The position numbers and the translations under genes are program-made. A stretch of 59,443 nt of DNA from Acidiferrobacterales bacterium (GTDB lineage Bacteria; Pseudomonadota; Gammaproteobacteria; Acidiferrobacterales; DATGVQ01): NCBI GenBank assembly GCA_035300145.1, contig DATGVQ010000242.1, forward strand, positions 1 to 59,443, written 5' to 3'. The notes under the pieces are model-generated. The model ran no database searches, was not told the origin of the DNA, and saw only the letters and a list, made by a program, of their open reading frames with translations. Positions 1 through 9,147 of the stretch are shown here, piece by piece. Within the stretch, counting starts at the first letter, position 1. Each line of letters opens with the position of its first letter.

Positions 1-1
1 C

Positions 2-448
2 TATTTCACCGACTTCCGCCAGCGCCACATCGGGCGCATCGACGCGAAGACCGGCGAACTCAAGCTCTTTGCCATTCCGACGCCGGCCTCCGCCCCGCGG
101 CGCGGCATGATGGATGCGCAGGACCGGCTCTGGTTCGGCCAGTATCGCGGCGACCGCATCGCGATGTTCGACACCCGCAGCGGGCAGTTCAAGGAGTGGA
201 AGCTCGCCACGCGCTGGGCCTCGCCCTACGACGTCATGATCGACAAGAACGAAGAGGCCTGGACCGGCTCGATGATCACCGACCAGGTAACGCGGCTCGA
301 TACCAGGACCGGCCAGTTCGTCGATTACCTGCTGCCGCGCAAGACGAACATCCGGCGCGTCTTCGTGGACAATTCGACGACGCCGGTGACCTTCTGGGTC
401 GGCAGCAACCACGGCGCCTCGATCATCAAGATGGAGCCGCTGGACTGA
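2..448 (+). CDS. Vgb (virginiamycin B lyase)-like beta-propeller protein, 5'-partial
   Basis: Frame is open from nt 2 (YFTDFRQRHIGRIDAKTGELKLFAIPTPASAPRRG...). Repeated W-x-G / I-x-x-x-D-x-x-x-G blade motifs are typical of Vgb-family propellers. Confidence 0.7.
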   Translation, partial: YFTDFRQRHIGRIDAKTGELKLFAIPTPASAPRRGMMDAQDRLWFGQYRGDRIAMFDTRSGQFKEWKLATRWASPYDVMIDKNEEAWTGSMITDQVTRLDTRTGQFVDYLLPRKTNIRRVFVDNSTTPVTFWVGSNHGASIIKMEPLD

Positions 449-454
449 TAGACG

Positions 455-495
455 ACCCCGTGGAACTCCGCGCCTGGCGCGGGTTTCCGAGGGGT
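455..495. other. GC-rich imperfect hairpin directly after the Vgb-like stop
   Basis: ACCCCGTGGAACTCCGCGC...GCGCGGGTTTCCGAGGGGT inverted repeat with no U-tract. Confidence 0.4.
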
Positions 496-643
496 TGGCA
501 GATCACATCATTAAAGGGGACACCATGCCGTCCTTCAACGACTAGTTCGAAACGTGCCGCCGTCTTCTTCAAGAACGTCCCACCCGCGCACGCCGGCTGT
601 ATCAGTACTCGGTTATCTGAAAACCCTGAAGGAGGGAGCCTTT

Positions 644-3472
644 ATGAGAGGCGGGATGGATTTTGCTCGTATCTTTCGTCTTCTTGGCGCTGGTCTTCTC
701 GTCCTTGTTTTAGCGTCGTGTGCGGCCGGCGTTGCCTTGGTCGGTCCGCGCCCGTTTGCGCACGAGACGAGCGACCTTCCGGTGAATCCGGAGATTCTCT
801 GGGGGCGCCTCGACAACGGTGTGCGCTACGCCGTCTGGCCGCTGCCGAAGCGGGACAAGGTGTCGCTGCGTCTGCTGGTCGAAGCCGGTTCGCTCAACGA
901 AACCGATCAGGAGCGCGGGCTTGCGCATTTTCTCGAGCACATGGCCTTTAACGGCTCCGAGCACCTGCCTCCGGGCACGATGGTGGCTGAATTACAGAAG
1001 CTCGGCGTAGGCAGCACGCATAACAATGCAGACACTGGCTTCGAACGCACCTTGTACAAGCTCGACTTGCCCGGCGCGAGCGAGGCGCTGATGGAAAAGG
1101 GATTGTTCATCCTGCGCGAGACCGCGGGCGGCCTCACGTTCCCGGCCCGCCAGATCGAGCAGGAGCGCCGAGCCGTTCTGGCCGAGATGCGGGGGAGGGG
1201 CAGCCCGGGTTCGCGGGTCTTCGAAGCGAGTCTTGGCATGGTATTCGGTGACTGGCTCGCTACGCGCTGGCCCATAGGCTCGCGCGAGGTGATCGAGCGC
1301 GTTCAACGCGACGACTTTGTGCGCTTCTATCGCCGCTGGTATCGGCCGCAGCGGCTCGTCGTCATCGCCGTCGGCCCGGTCGACGGCAAGGCGGTCGAGC
1401 GCCTGATCCGAACGCGGTTCGGCGATCTCCACGCGCCGGACCGCGCGATCGCGCCGGACCCGGCCTTCCCACCGCTCATGCCGCGGGGTACGGCGATCCG
1501 TCTCGTGCCCGAACAAGCGGATAACCTGACCATCGTGCTCCTTGCCGCCGAACCGCTTGACCGTTATCGCGATGACTTCGCTGAGCGCGAAAAAGCCACA
1601 ATGCTCGAGTTGGCGTTCAGGATCCTGAACCGCCGTCTTAACGATCGATCTCTCGCGGCCGGCGCGATGTTCTCGGTAACGCGTGTTGGCACCTGGGTCC
1701 AATTCAGCCGCGCTCGTATCGGTGCGATCGAGCTTGCCACCACGCGTGCCCACTGGCGTGAGGCCGTTGCGGCGGCCGAACAAGAACTGCGGCGCGCGTT
1801 GAGCTATGGCTTTACCGAGCCGGAGGTCGCCGCGGCGAAAGCAGAGGTGCGCAAGAACTGGCAGCAGCAGCTTCTCGCCAGCGAGGCCGGGATGAATTCC
1901 ACCGATGCCGTCGAATCCCTTGTGAGAAGTATTCCCTCAGACCTCGTAGTCGCCTCGCTGAAGCCGGTCATCGAACGTCTCGACAAGGCTATCGAACCGG
2001 TCGGAGGCGCCGCGCTGCAAGCGGCGTTGCATGCGCTGTGGATGGACGGCGATCGGCGTCGGCTGCTCAGCGGGCCGGTCGGCGGTGACATCTCGGAGGC
2101 GGCCGTTGCCGCGGCGGTCAGGGCAAGCGAAGCGGTCGCTCTGAAGCCGCCCGAGGCAAAGAAGGACACGCCGTTCGCTTATAAGAGCTTCGGGGCGCCG
2201 GGGGCGGTCGTCTATCGCGACAAGCCCCGTCCGGACCTGACGGTGGCCGCGTTCGCCAATGGATCTCGCGCCGTCGTGCTGAGAGCCCAAGGTCCCTACA
2301 CCCATATTCATGTGGCTGTCGATGTGATGGGCGGCGGGCGCATGGCCCAGCCCGACGGCCGGGACGGGCTCGCCTACCTGGCGAACCGATACTTTCTGGC
2401 AGGCGGCCTGGGTGCACATTCATTCAGTGAGCTCGATCGTCTTCTCAAGAGCCGCAATGTAGATCTCGGGTTTGCCGTCGCCGACTCGCAGTTCCAATTC
2501 ACCGTCAGCGCCCCGGCAGAGGAGCTGCCTTTCGTGCTGCGGGTGGTTACCGCCTATTTGGCGGCCCCGGGGTTTCGCGAGGAAGGGTTCGCGCTGGCCA
2601 GGGGTTCCCTGGACCGCTTAGTTGCAGAAATCGGCGCGGCGCCAAAGAGCGTCATTGAGCATTACCTTCCACGTCGACGCTGTGCCGGCGACCCGCGCTG
2701 CGGATTGCCGGATCTGGGGACGCTAAAGGCACGCCGCTGGGATGAGCTGAAGGCGTGGCTCGCACCGGCGCTGCGGGAAGCTCCGCTCATCGTCACAGTG
2801 GTGGGACAGACCGAAGCCGAGGCGGCACTCAAAGAGCTCGCCGCAACGATTGGAGCCTTGCCGATTCGCCGGGCGGTTCCACGCGAGCGGGCGCCCGAGA
2901 AGGAGCTCCCGACGCTCCCCCCCGGCGCGGTCGAGACTTTGACCTATACGGGCAGAGACAACGGCGCATTCGCGGTCGTGGAATTTCCGGTGCCGAGCAT
3001 GCGCGACTATCCGCACTGGATCAGGGAGGGACTCGTGGCGCGCTTGCTGGCGCAGCGGGTCAGGGACAGCTTGCGCGTCGCCGCCGGAGAGAGTTTCGGA
3101 CCGGCGGTGATGCAGCTCCCCGGCTGGCTGCGCGTCCAAGTCGACGCCGGCTCGGACCGAGTCCGAGAGGCCGCGCTTCGCGTCATGACCGTGGTGCGCG
3201 AGATCGAGACGCGGCCCTTCACCGAGGAAGAGATGTCCCGTGTCGTGCCGGTCGCCCTGAGAGTAGAGGACGAGTCGCGCGGGCAAGCGCGCACCTGGCT
3301 GCAGGCGCTGCGCGGTCAGCCGGAGCCAACGGCTGCATTCGATCGCTTGAACCAAACACGCGGCATTATCGCAAGCACGACCCTGGAGGAGATCAACGCC
3401 CTCGCCCGCGAATTACTAAAGCCCGAGACGGCGCGAACCTATCTCGTCGTGCCTGCAGCAACAAGCCGGTGA
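644..3472 (+). CDS. M16 (insulinase/PqqL-like) zinc peptidase, probable lipoprotein
   Basis: HFLEH inverted zinc motif in GSLNE...RGLAHFLEHMAFNGS; G-x-L-x-NG start of the M16 domain; lipobox LASC; RBS GGAGG before ATG 644. Confidence 0.85.
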   Translation: MRGGMDFARIFRLLGAGLLVLVLASCAAGVALVGPRPFAHETSDLPVNPEILWGRLDNGVRYAVWPLPKRDKVSLRLLVEAGSLNETDQERGLAHFLEHMAFNGSEHLPPGTMVAELQKLGVGSTHNNADTGFERTLYKLDLPGASEALMEKGLFILRETAGGLTFPARQIEQERRAVLAEMRGRGSPGSRVFEASLGMVFGDWLATRWPIGSREVIERVQRDDFVRFYRRWYRPQRLVVIAVGPVDGKAVERLIRTRFGDLHAPDRAIAPDPAFPPLMPRGTAIRLVPEQADNLTIVLLAAEPLDRYRDDFAEREKATMLELAFRILNRRLNDRSLAAGAMFSVTRVGTWVQFSRARIGAIELATTRAHWREAVAAAEQELRRALSYGFTEPEVAAAKAEVRKNWQQQLLASEAGMNSTDAVESLVRSIPSDLVVASLKPVIERLDKAIEPVGGAALQAALHALWMDGDRRRLLSGPVGGDISEAAVAAAVRASEAVALKPPEAKKDTPFAYKSFGAPGAVVYRDKPRPDLTVAAFANGSRAVVLRAQGPYTHIHVAVDVMGGGRMAQPDGRDGLAYLANRYFLAGGLGAHSFSELDRLLKSRNVDLGFAVADSQFQFTVSAPAEELPFVLRVVTAYLAAPGFREEGFALARGSLDRLVAEIGAAPKSVIEHYLPRRRCAGDPRCGLPDLGTLKARRWDELKAWLAPALREAPLIVTVVGQTEAEAALKELAATIGALPIRRAVPRERAPEKELPTLPPGAVETLTYTGRDNGAFAVVEFPVPSMRDYPHWIREGLVARLLAQRVRDSLRVAAGESFGPAVMQLPGWLRVQVDAGSDRVREAALRVMTVVREIETRPFTEEEMSRVVPVALRVEDESRGQARTWLQALRGQPEPTAAFDRLNQTRGIIASTTLEEINALARELLKPETARTYLVVPAATSR

Positions 3473-3711
3473 TCAGAAATATCACGTGGTGCCGCGACCG
3501 CCCTGCGGCTGGAAAACGCCACAATGGCTCTACGCTGGGCCCCTACCCAGCTATCGCGGGCTCTTCGCCAGCGCTCCGCTATCCCTAGCTCATCGTTAGT
3601 CACCAGCCGCCAGGGCTGCCCCCCGGCATAGAACTTGAATTCCCGCCGAGCCTGCCTTACGCTAGCGCCGAGCAAATTCACTCAACCCTGCAAACAAGAA
3701 AAGGAGACACC

Positions 3712-3816
3712 ATGAAAAATCCTCTCGATTCCATTTGGGGAACCATCATTTCCGGATTAGTGCTTACCCTGATTTTATATATATTTGCGCGCAATTTTTT
3801 GGTTGTCGTCGGCTGA
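3712..3816 (+). CDS. 34-aa single-TM small protein (not in the ORF track)
   Basis: AAGGAG RBS, then MKNPLDSIWGTIISGLVLTLILYIFARNFLVVVG*; lies 35 nt upstream of the PuuD-like gene. Confidence 0.65.
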   Translation: MKNPLDSIWGTIISGLVLTLILYIFARNFLVVVG

Positions 3817-3851
3817 CCGCTTTCCCGAACAAACAAAAACTGGAGGCACCT

Positions 3852-4343
3852 ATGGAATTAATCCTTGATCGTTGGTTGCACGTCCTAGCCGGCATTACCT
3901 GGATAGGTCTTTTATATTATTTTAATTTTGTTCAAGTCCCGGGTCTGGCCAAAGCCAGGGCCGACGGCACCGCCGCGGGCATCACTACCCACATCGCCCC
4001 GCGCGCGCTTCTGTGGTTCCGCTGGGCGGCGGTGGTGACTTGGTTAACTGGCGCCCTTTACCTGTTTCGCGCTTCTCATTTAAGCCTCGCGGACGCCTTT
4101 ATGCTGAAAGGGGCCAGCGCCACAATCGGCCTTGGCGCCTGGCTTGGTACCATTATGCTCTTTAATGTATGGGTGTTGATTTGGCCCAATCAGAAAAAGG
4201 TATTGGGCATCGTGAAAGTGGATGATGCGGCGAAGGCGAAGGCGGCGCGAGTGGCATTTCTGGCCTCACGCACGAATACTATGTTGTCTATTCCCATGGC
4301 CTTCTTCATGGTCGCCGGCGCGCATTTGCCTAGTTTGCATTAA
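3852..4343 (+). CDS. Urate hydroxylase PuuD/DUF989-like membrane protein (short form, no cytochrome c domain)
   Basis: RWLHVLAGITWIGLLYYFNFVQ, WFRWAA, MLFNVWVLIWPNQKK and SRTNT motifs; GGAGG RBS before ATG 3852. Confidence 0.8.
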   Translation: MELILDRWLHVLAGITWIGLLYYFNFVQVPGLAKARADGTAAGITTHIAPRALLWFRWAAVVTWLTGALYLFRASHLSLADAFMLKGASATIGLGAWLGTIMLFNVWVLIWPNQKKVLGIVKVDDAAKAKAARVAFLASRTNTMLSIPMAFFMVAGAHLPSLH

Positions 4344-4362
4344 TCATACAAAATAACTCTAA

Positions 4363-4397
4363 AATAAAGCCCGGTTCTTACCGGGCTTTATTATTTA
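4363..4397 (+). terminator. Intrinsic terminator, possibly bidirectional
   Basis: AATAAAGCCCGG-ttctta-CCGGGCTTTATT stem with A/T-rich flanks. Confidence 0.75.
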
Positions 4398-4508
4398 TCG
4401 TAACCTCTCAAAGTGCGCTTTTGAGGCTTGTATTATCGTAATAAGGGATTAAAATTATTTCCTCGCGGCGCCCTGCGTGCAGGGCGCTTTTATATTTTGG
4501 TGATCAGC

Positions 4509-5690
4509 ATGGCTAAAGAATATCTCATGCCCGTTTTACCCCCCTTGCCTGTTTCTTTCGTGCGCGGCGAAGGCGCGTGGTTGTGGGATAACGCCGGCAA
4601 AAAATACCTGGATGCCTTAAGCGGCGTGGCCGTGTGCGGCTTGGGCCACGCGCATCCGGCGGTAACACAGGCAATCTGCAATCAGGCAGGTAAGCTGATT
4701 CATACCTCGAACTGGTACGAAATTCCGTTAAAACAGAAACTGGCGGAGCAACTTTGCCGGCTTGCGGGCATGGATAACGTTTTCTTTTGCAACTCCGGCG
4801 CGGAGGCTAACGAGGCGGCGATCAAGCTGGCGCGATTATACGGCCATCAGCGCAATATTCGCACACCTTCTATTATTGTCATGGAAGGCAGTTTTCATGG
4901 CCGCACCTTGGCGACCCTGAGCGCAACCGGCAACCGTAAAGTGCAGGCCGGTTTTGAACCCTTAGTGCTCGGCTTTAACCGTGTACCTTACAATGACCTC
5001 GAGGCCGTAAACCAGGTCGGCGCGAACGATAGCAGCGTAGTCGCAGTATTGGTTGAACCGATCCAGGGCGAAAGCGGCGTCGTGATCCCGAATCCGGGTT
5101 ATCTGCAGGGCTTACGCAAAATTTGCGATGCGCGCGGCTGGCTGTTGATGCTGGATGAAATTCAGACCGGCATGTGCCGCACCGGAAGATGGTTCGCGTG
5201 CCAGCATGAACAGGTGGCGCCGGATGTCATGACGCTCGCCAAAGGGCTCGGCAACGGCGTGCCGATCGGCGCGTGCCTTGCGCGCGGGCCGGCGGCGGAT
5301 GTGTTTCAAGCGGGCAGCCACGGCTCTACCTTCGGCGGCAATCCGCTCGCGTGCAGCGCCGCGCTGGCGGTGATCGAAACCTTGGAGAACGGCCGGTTTG
5401 AGCAACGCGCGGCGCAATTGGGTCAACGTATCCTAAAGGGTCTGCAGCGGAATCTCACTGGAACGTCCGGCGTCAAAGAAATCCGCGGCAAAGGTTTGAT
5501 GCTCGCGGTTGAGCTGGAGCGGCCATGCAAAGAATTGCTTACTGCGGCGCTGGAACAAGGCCTGCTGATTAACGTGGCGAACGATAAAATCATCCGCTTG
5601 CTGCCGCCTTTGATCGTCAGCGAAGATGAGGCCGACCGGATTGTGCGTATTTTAACCAACGTTGTGCGGGTGTTTTTGGAGCAGCGGTGA
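4509..5690 (+). CDS. argD: Acetylornithine aminotransferase
   Basis: NSGAEANEAAIKLAR, SFHGRT, EPIQGE, DEIQTG, AKGLGNG (PLP lysine); overlaps argF. Confidence 0.93.
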   Translation: MAKEYLMPVLPPLPVSFVRGEGAWLWDNAGKKYLDALSGVAVCGLGHAHPAVTQAICNQAGKLIHTSNWYEIPLKQKLAEQLCRLAGMDNVFFCNSGAEANEAAIKLARLYGHQRNIRTPSIIVMEGSFHGRTLATLSATGNRKVQAGFEPLVLGFNRVPYNDLEAVNQVGANDSSVVAVLVEPIQGESGVVIPNPGYLQGLRKICDARGWLLMLDEIQTGMCRTGRWFACQHEQVAPDVMTLAKGLGNGVPIGACLARGPAADVFQAGSHGSTFGGNPLACSAALAVIETLENGRFEQRAAQLGQRILKGLQRNLTGTSGVKEIRGKGLMLAVELERPCKELLTAALEQGLLINVANDKIIRLLPPLIVSEDEADRIVRILTNVVRVFLEQR

Positions 5691-6595
5691 AACCGCGCCA
5701 CTTTCTTACCTTACTGGATTTGAGCGCTGCCGAGCTCAAGGACTTGCTGCGGCGCGCCATCGAGCTTAAAAAGAGCCACCTGCGCGGCGAACGCTACGAA
5801 CCCCTGCACAATAAAAACCTGGCCATGATTTTCGAGAAATCGTCGACCCGCACGCGCGTGTCGTTCGAAGCCGGCATGACTCAACTCGGCGGCCACAGCA
5901 TGTTCCTGTCACCAACCGATATGCAACTGGGTCGCGGCGAGGCAATCGAAGATACCGCGCGTGTTCTGTCAAGAATGGTCGAAGTTATCGTGATGCGCAC
6001 GCATGAACACCGCAAGATCGAGATATTCGCCGCGTATTCACGCGTGCCGGTGATTAACGCCCTTACCGATACACATCATCCCTGTCAATTACTTGCTGAT
6101 ATCCAGACTTATATCGAGCTGCGCGGTGAGATCAAGGACAGAACCGCGGCCTGGATCGGCGATGGCAATAACGTGTGTCACTCGTGGATGCATGCCGCGC
6201 GGCAATTTGACTTTAAGCTCAAGATCGCCACGCCGCCGGGTTATGAGCCGAACGCCGCGTTGACCGAGGCGTGCAAAAAAAACATCAGTCTGCTGCGGGA
6301 TCCGCAGGCGGCCGCACGCGGCGCCGATATCGTCGTTACCGATACCTGGGCCAGCATGGGCCAGGAAAACGAGAAGACGCAACGCAGCCAGGCATTCGCC
6401 GGGTTCATGGTGGATAATAAGATTATGAGCCTGGCCGGCAAAAACGCCTTATTCATGCATTGCCTGCCGGCGTATCGCGGCGCCGAGGTCGCGGCCGAGG
6501 TGATCGACGGGCCGCAAAGCGTGGTGTGGGATGAGGCGGAGAACCGCCTACATGCGCAAAAGGCGTTGCTTGAATTCTTATTGGTTACTCGATAG
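5687..6595 (+). CDS. argF: Ornithine carbamoyltransferase
   Basis: STRTR, HPCQ, WASMG and MHCLP motifs. Confidence 0.96.
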   Translation: MKPRHFLTLLDLSAAELKDLLRRAIELKKSHLRGERYEPLHNKNLAMIFEKSSTRTRVSFEAGMTQLGGHSMFLSPTDMQLGRGEAIEDTARVLSRMVEVIVMRTHEHRKIEIFAAYSRVPVINALTDTHHPCQLLADIQTYIELRGEIKDRTAAWIGDGNNVCHSWMHAARQFDFKLKIATPPGYEPNAALTEACKKNISLLRDPQAAARGADIVVTDTWASMGQENEKTQRSQAFAGFMVDNKIMSLAGKNALFMHCLPAYRGAEVAAEVIDGPQSVVWDEAENRLHAQKALLEFLLVTR

Positions 6596-6741
6596 CCAAA
6601 CGGCCGGAAGTTACCTCAAAAATGGACGTAGAAACTATGAAGAGCGCCCACCGCCGGATTAAGCTAACCCTGAGGTATTCAGCAAACACAACAGGAGGCA
6701 AGACGATGAACGCTCTTCATAGTTTCTACAAATGCTCCCGC

Positions 6742-7506
6742 CTATTTCACATATTTATTTAAGAACGTCTGGGTCTCTTTCCACAACGCCGGCATAATCT
6801 CGCTGCGATACCGGTCGGCAGCGGGATTGGAAAAATCGGAGCTCCCTGGGTAAAAATGAAGCTTTACTATTTTATTAGCTTGTTTCATGGCGGTTTCAAA
6901 CGCCTTGATCCCGTCGGGCAAAGTGTCTTTTGCGAAAACACCCAATACCGCCGCCTTTAAATTTTTGATCGCCGTGGCATCGTTCGGCAAAGCGCCGTCA
7001 TAAATTACGACGGCAGATACCACATTCGGTTCGGCAAAACCGGCTTGCAAAGACTGGCTGCCGCCGAAGCCCCAACCCATGGCAATGAGTTTCCTTCCCG
7101 GCGCCTTTAGCGCATTGAGCGCCGCGCGGTGCTTGGCGTTCGCCGCCTCTTGGTTTACCGCCAGCATGTATTCCTTAGCTTGGCTGGTTGAGTCGGCCAC
7201 TTTTCCGTTGTAAAGATCAATGGCGATCACGCGATAACCCAACTCGCCAAGATAGTCCGCCCAGCGACGCATGGAATCATTCAAACCCCACCACTCATGC
7301 AGCAATAAAATGCCGCGCTTCGCGCCGCGCGGTCCCGCCCGGTAAGCTTTAAAAGAGATTCCCTTATCGGTTTTTAGCGTAATGGTTTCGCCGGCGGAAG
7401 CGGCGGTCGCATTCGGCTCTCCAGCCTCGGTGCCGGCATTCTGGGCATAACCCGTTCCTATCGCCAAAAAAATTATCAGCAAAAATAAACTCAAATTGCG
7501 GAACAT
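6742..7506 (-). CDS. Secreted dienelactone-hydrolase-family protein with a degenerate catalytic triad
   Basis: HEWWGLN and DLY-x-G motifs plus signal peptide; nucleophile elbow reads GWGFGG instead of GWCFGG. Confidence 0.8.
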   Translation of the reverse strand: MFRNLSLFLLIIFLAIGTGYAQNAGTEAGEPNATAASAGETITLKTDKGISFKAYRAGPRGAKRGILLLHEWWGLNDSMRRWADYLGELGYRVIAIDLYNGKVADSTSQAKEYMLAVNQEAANAKHRAALNALKAPGRKLIAMGWGFGGSQSLQAGFAEPNVVSAVVIYDGALPNDATAIKNLKAAVLGVFAKDTLPDGIKAFETAMKQANKIVKLHFYPGSSDFSNPAADRYRSEIMPALWKETQTFLNKYVK

Positions 7507-7606
7507 GCATTTTTCCTTAACTAGGGAATCGGTCGGCGTATTGTAGATTTTATCTGCAAGAACACAACCGGCATCAAAAACCGAAGATTTTACTTTTGCA
7601 GGGAAT

Positions 7607-7628
7607 TAGCAGGGTGTTGAAAAAGTCC
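7607..7628. repeat. Solo end of the TAGCAGG..TGAAAAAGTCC MITE family
   Basis: TAGCAGGGTGTTGAAAAAGTCC matches the element ends at 36725 and 43035. Confidence 0.65.
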
Positions 7629-7644
7629 TTTGTATTACCAATTC

Positions 7645-7714
7645 CGTCATGCCCGCGAAAGCTGGCATCCAGTAACTCTTTGAACTCCTGGATTCCGCTT
7701 CCGCGGGAATGACG
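7645..7714. repeat. CGTC-type REP doublet (dRS3-like palindrome pair)
   Basis: CGTCATGCCCGCGAAAGCTGGCATCCAG...CTGGATTCCGCTTCCGCGGGAATGACG. Confidence 0.8.
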
Positions 7715-7784
7715 TTCAGTAGGGCTGTTGCGAGAGAAAAAACGCGGGTGGTTTTTTAGGATTCCTCCGAAGCTTGCCGGCTAG

Positions 7785-8930
7785 TCAGCTTAGAGCCGGC
7801 TCGGAAAGCGGCACGTTCCAGGCGTCGTAGCCGTACAGCCAGCTCGTGTCCGCTTCCCCGGTGCGCATCCAGGTATTGGCGCTCGAGATCGCCTGGATAC
7901 GCGAAGTGCGCGGCTTGCGGCTTTCCTCGTAGCGCCGGAACGCACCGTCGATATCCTCTCCATCGGTGTCGTCCAGGCAACGCGCGAGAATGGCGGCGTC
8001 TTCGATCGAAGTGGCTGCGCCCTGCGCCATGTACGGCGTCATGGGATGGCAGGAATCGCCGAGAAGCACGACCTGCCCCTCGCTCCAGCGCGCTAGCGGC
8101 TCGCGCTCGAGAATCGCCCATTTGTGGCAATCGGGACAGCCTTCCAGCACTGCCCGCACGTCGGCATGAAACCCTTCGTACGCCTGGCGCAGCTGTCTCA
8201 CGTCGCCCTTCGCCGACCACGATTCGCGCGTCATCCATTCGGCAGGTTCGGGCACGCTGGTCACGAAATAGACCTCGCTCCTGTTGTTTGTCGTATAATA
8301 GATCACGATGTGGCGGTCGCGGCCCCACCACTTGGTCCGCGACAGGCCGAGGTCCCGTCCGACGAGCGAAGAAGGAAACACCGCTCGATAGGCGACACGC
8401 CCCTTGTGGAGCGGCTTTTCCGGCCCGAGCAGGATTTCCCGCACCACCGAATGCACTCCGTCCGCGCCGATGACCGCGTCGGCGGTGGCGCGCGTGCCGT
8501 CCGCAAAGCCGAGCGTAACTTTGCCGGCGCGCCGCTCGAGTCCTACCAGCTCCTTGTTGAGGTGGATGATCTCCGGAGGCACGACCGAAGTAAGCGCGTC
8601 GTGCAGATCCGCGCGGTGCATGCAGAGATACGGCGCGCCATAAAGGGTATCGGGCATGGGCAGCTCGTTCGTGATCTCGCCTGTATCCCACACCCGGTTC
8701 AGGTGCGAATAGGGCGGGAAGGCCACACGGCGCAGCCGCTCCTCGACGCCGATGCCGCGCAAGACCTTCATGGAGTTCGGCATCATCTGGATGCCGGCGC
8801 CAATGCGCGCGAACCGGCTTGCCTGTTCATAGACGCGCACGTTGAAGCCGAACTTGCGTAGCGTCGCGGCGACGGCCAGGCCGCCCATGCCAGCGCCTAT
8901 TATGGCGATGGAGAGTTTGCTTCGGGTCAT
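7785..8930 (-). CDS. Group A flavoprotein monooxygenase, 6-hydroxynicotinate 3-monooxygenase (NicC)/salicylate hydroxylase-like
   Basis: GAGMGG Rossmann motif, GAGIQM, GADG and GDSCHPMTPYMAQGA fingerprints; start placed at MTRSKLSIAIIG. Confidence 0.85.
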   Translation of the reverse strand: MTRSKLSIAIIGAGMGGLAVAATLRKFGFNVRVYEQASRFARIGAGIQMMPNSMKVLRGIGVEERLRRVAFPPYSHLNRVWDTGEITNELPMPDTLYGAPYLCMHRADLHDALTSVVPPEIIHLNKELVGLERRAGKVTLGFADGTRATADAVIGADGVHSVVREILLGPEKPLHKGRVAYRAVFPSSLVGRDLGLSRTKWWGRDRHIVIYYTTNNRSEVYFVTSVPEPAEWMTRESWSAKGDVRQLRQAYEGFHADVRAVLEGCPDCHKWAILEREPLARWSEGQVVLLGDSCHPMTPYMAQGAATSIEDAAILARCLDDTDGEDIDGAFRRYEESRKPRTSRIQAISSANTWMRTGEADTSWLYGYDAWNVPLSEPALS

Positions 8931-8968
8931 ATTCCTATTCATGGATGAATTAGTCTGTAAGGAGTAAG

Positions 8969-9140
8969 CCCTTACCCCGACCCTACCCATGAACCTGCGG
9001 CCGGAGGCCGCACCGACTTTCCCTCTCCCACCGGGAGAGGGCGATCCGAAGGGCCGGGTGAGGGAGAGACCGCCCGGTTCATGGGCACAATTCGTGGCAG
9101 AAACGCGGCCAGGCGGTCTCTCCCCGGTAACCGGGAGGGG
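8969..9140. repeat. Nested palindromic intergenic repeat of the CCCTCTCCC/GGGAGAGGG type
   Basis: CCCTCTCCCACCGGGAGAGGG hairpin plus GGGTGAGGG, enclosed by inverted CCCATGAACC (8986-8995) / GGTTCATGGG (9076-9085), inside an outer CCCTTACCCCGACCCT...CTCTCCCCGGTAACCGGGAGGGG. Confidence 0.7.
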
Positions 9141-9147
9141 CAGCCCT

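Noticed and set aside
3570-3601. attC-like right half (CCTAGCTCATCGTTAGTC)
   Set aside because: No complementary left arm, and the core does not fit GTTRRRY.
3735-3851. Upstream extension of the PuuD-like ORF
   Set aside because: No RBS, it overlaps the better-supported 34-aa ORF, and homology starts at Met 3852.
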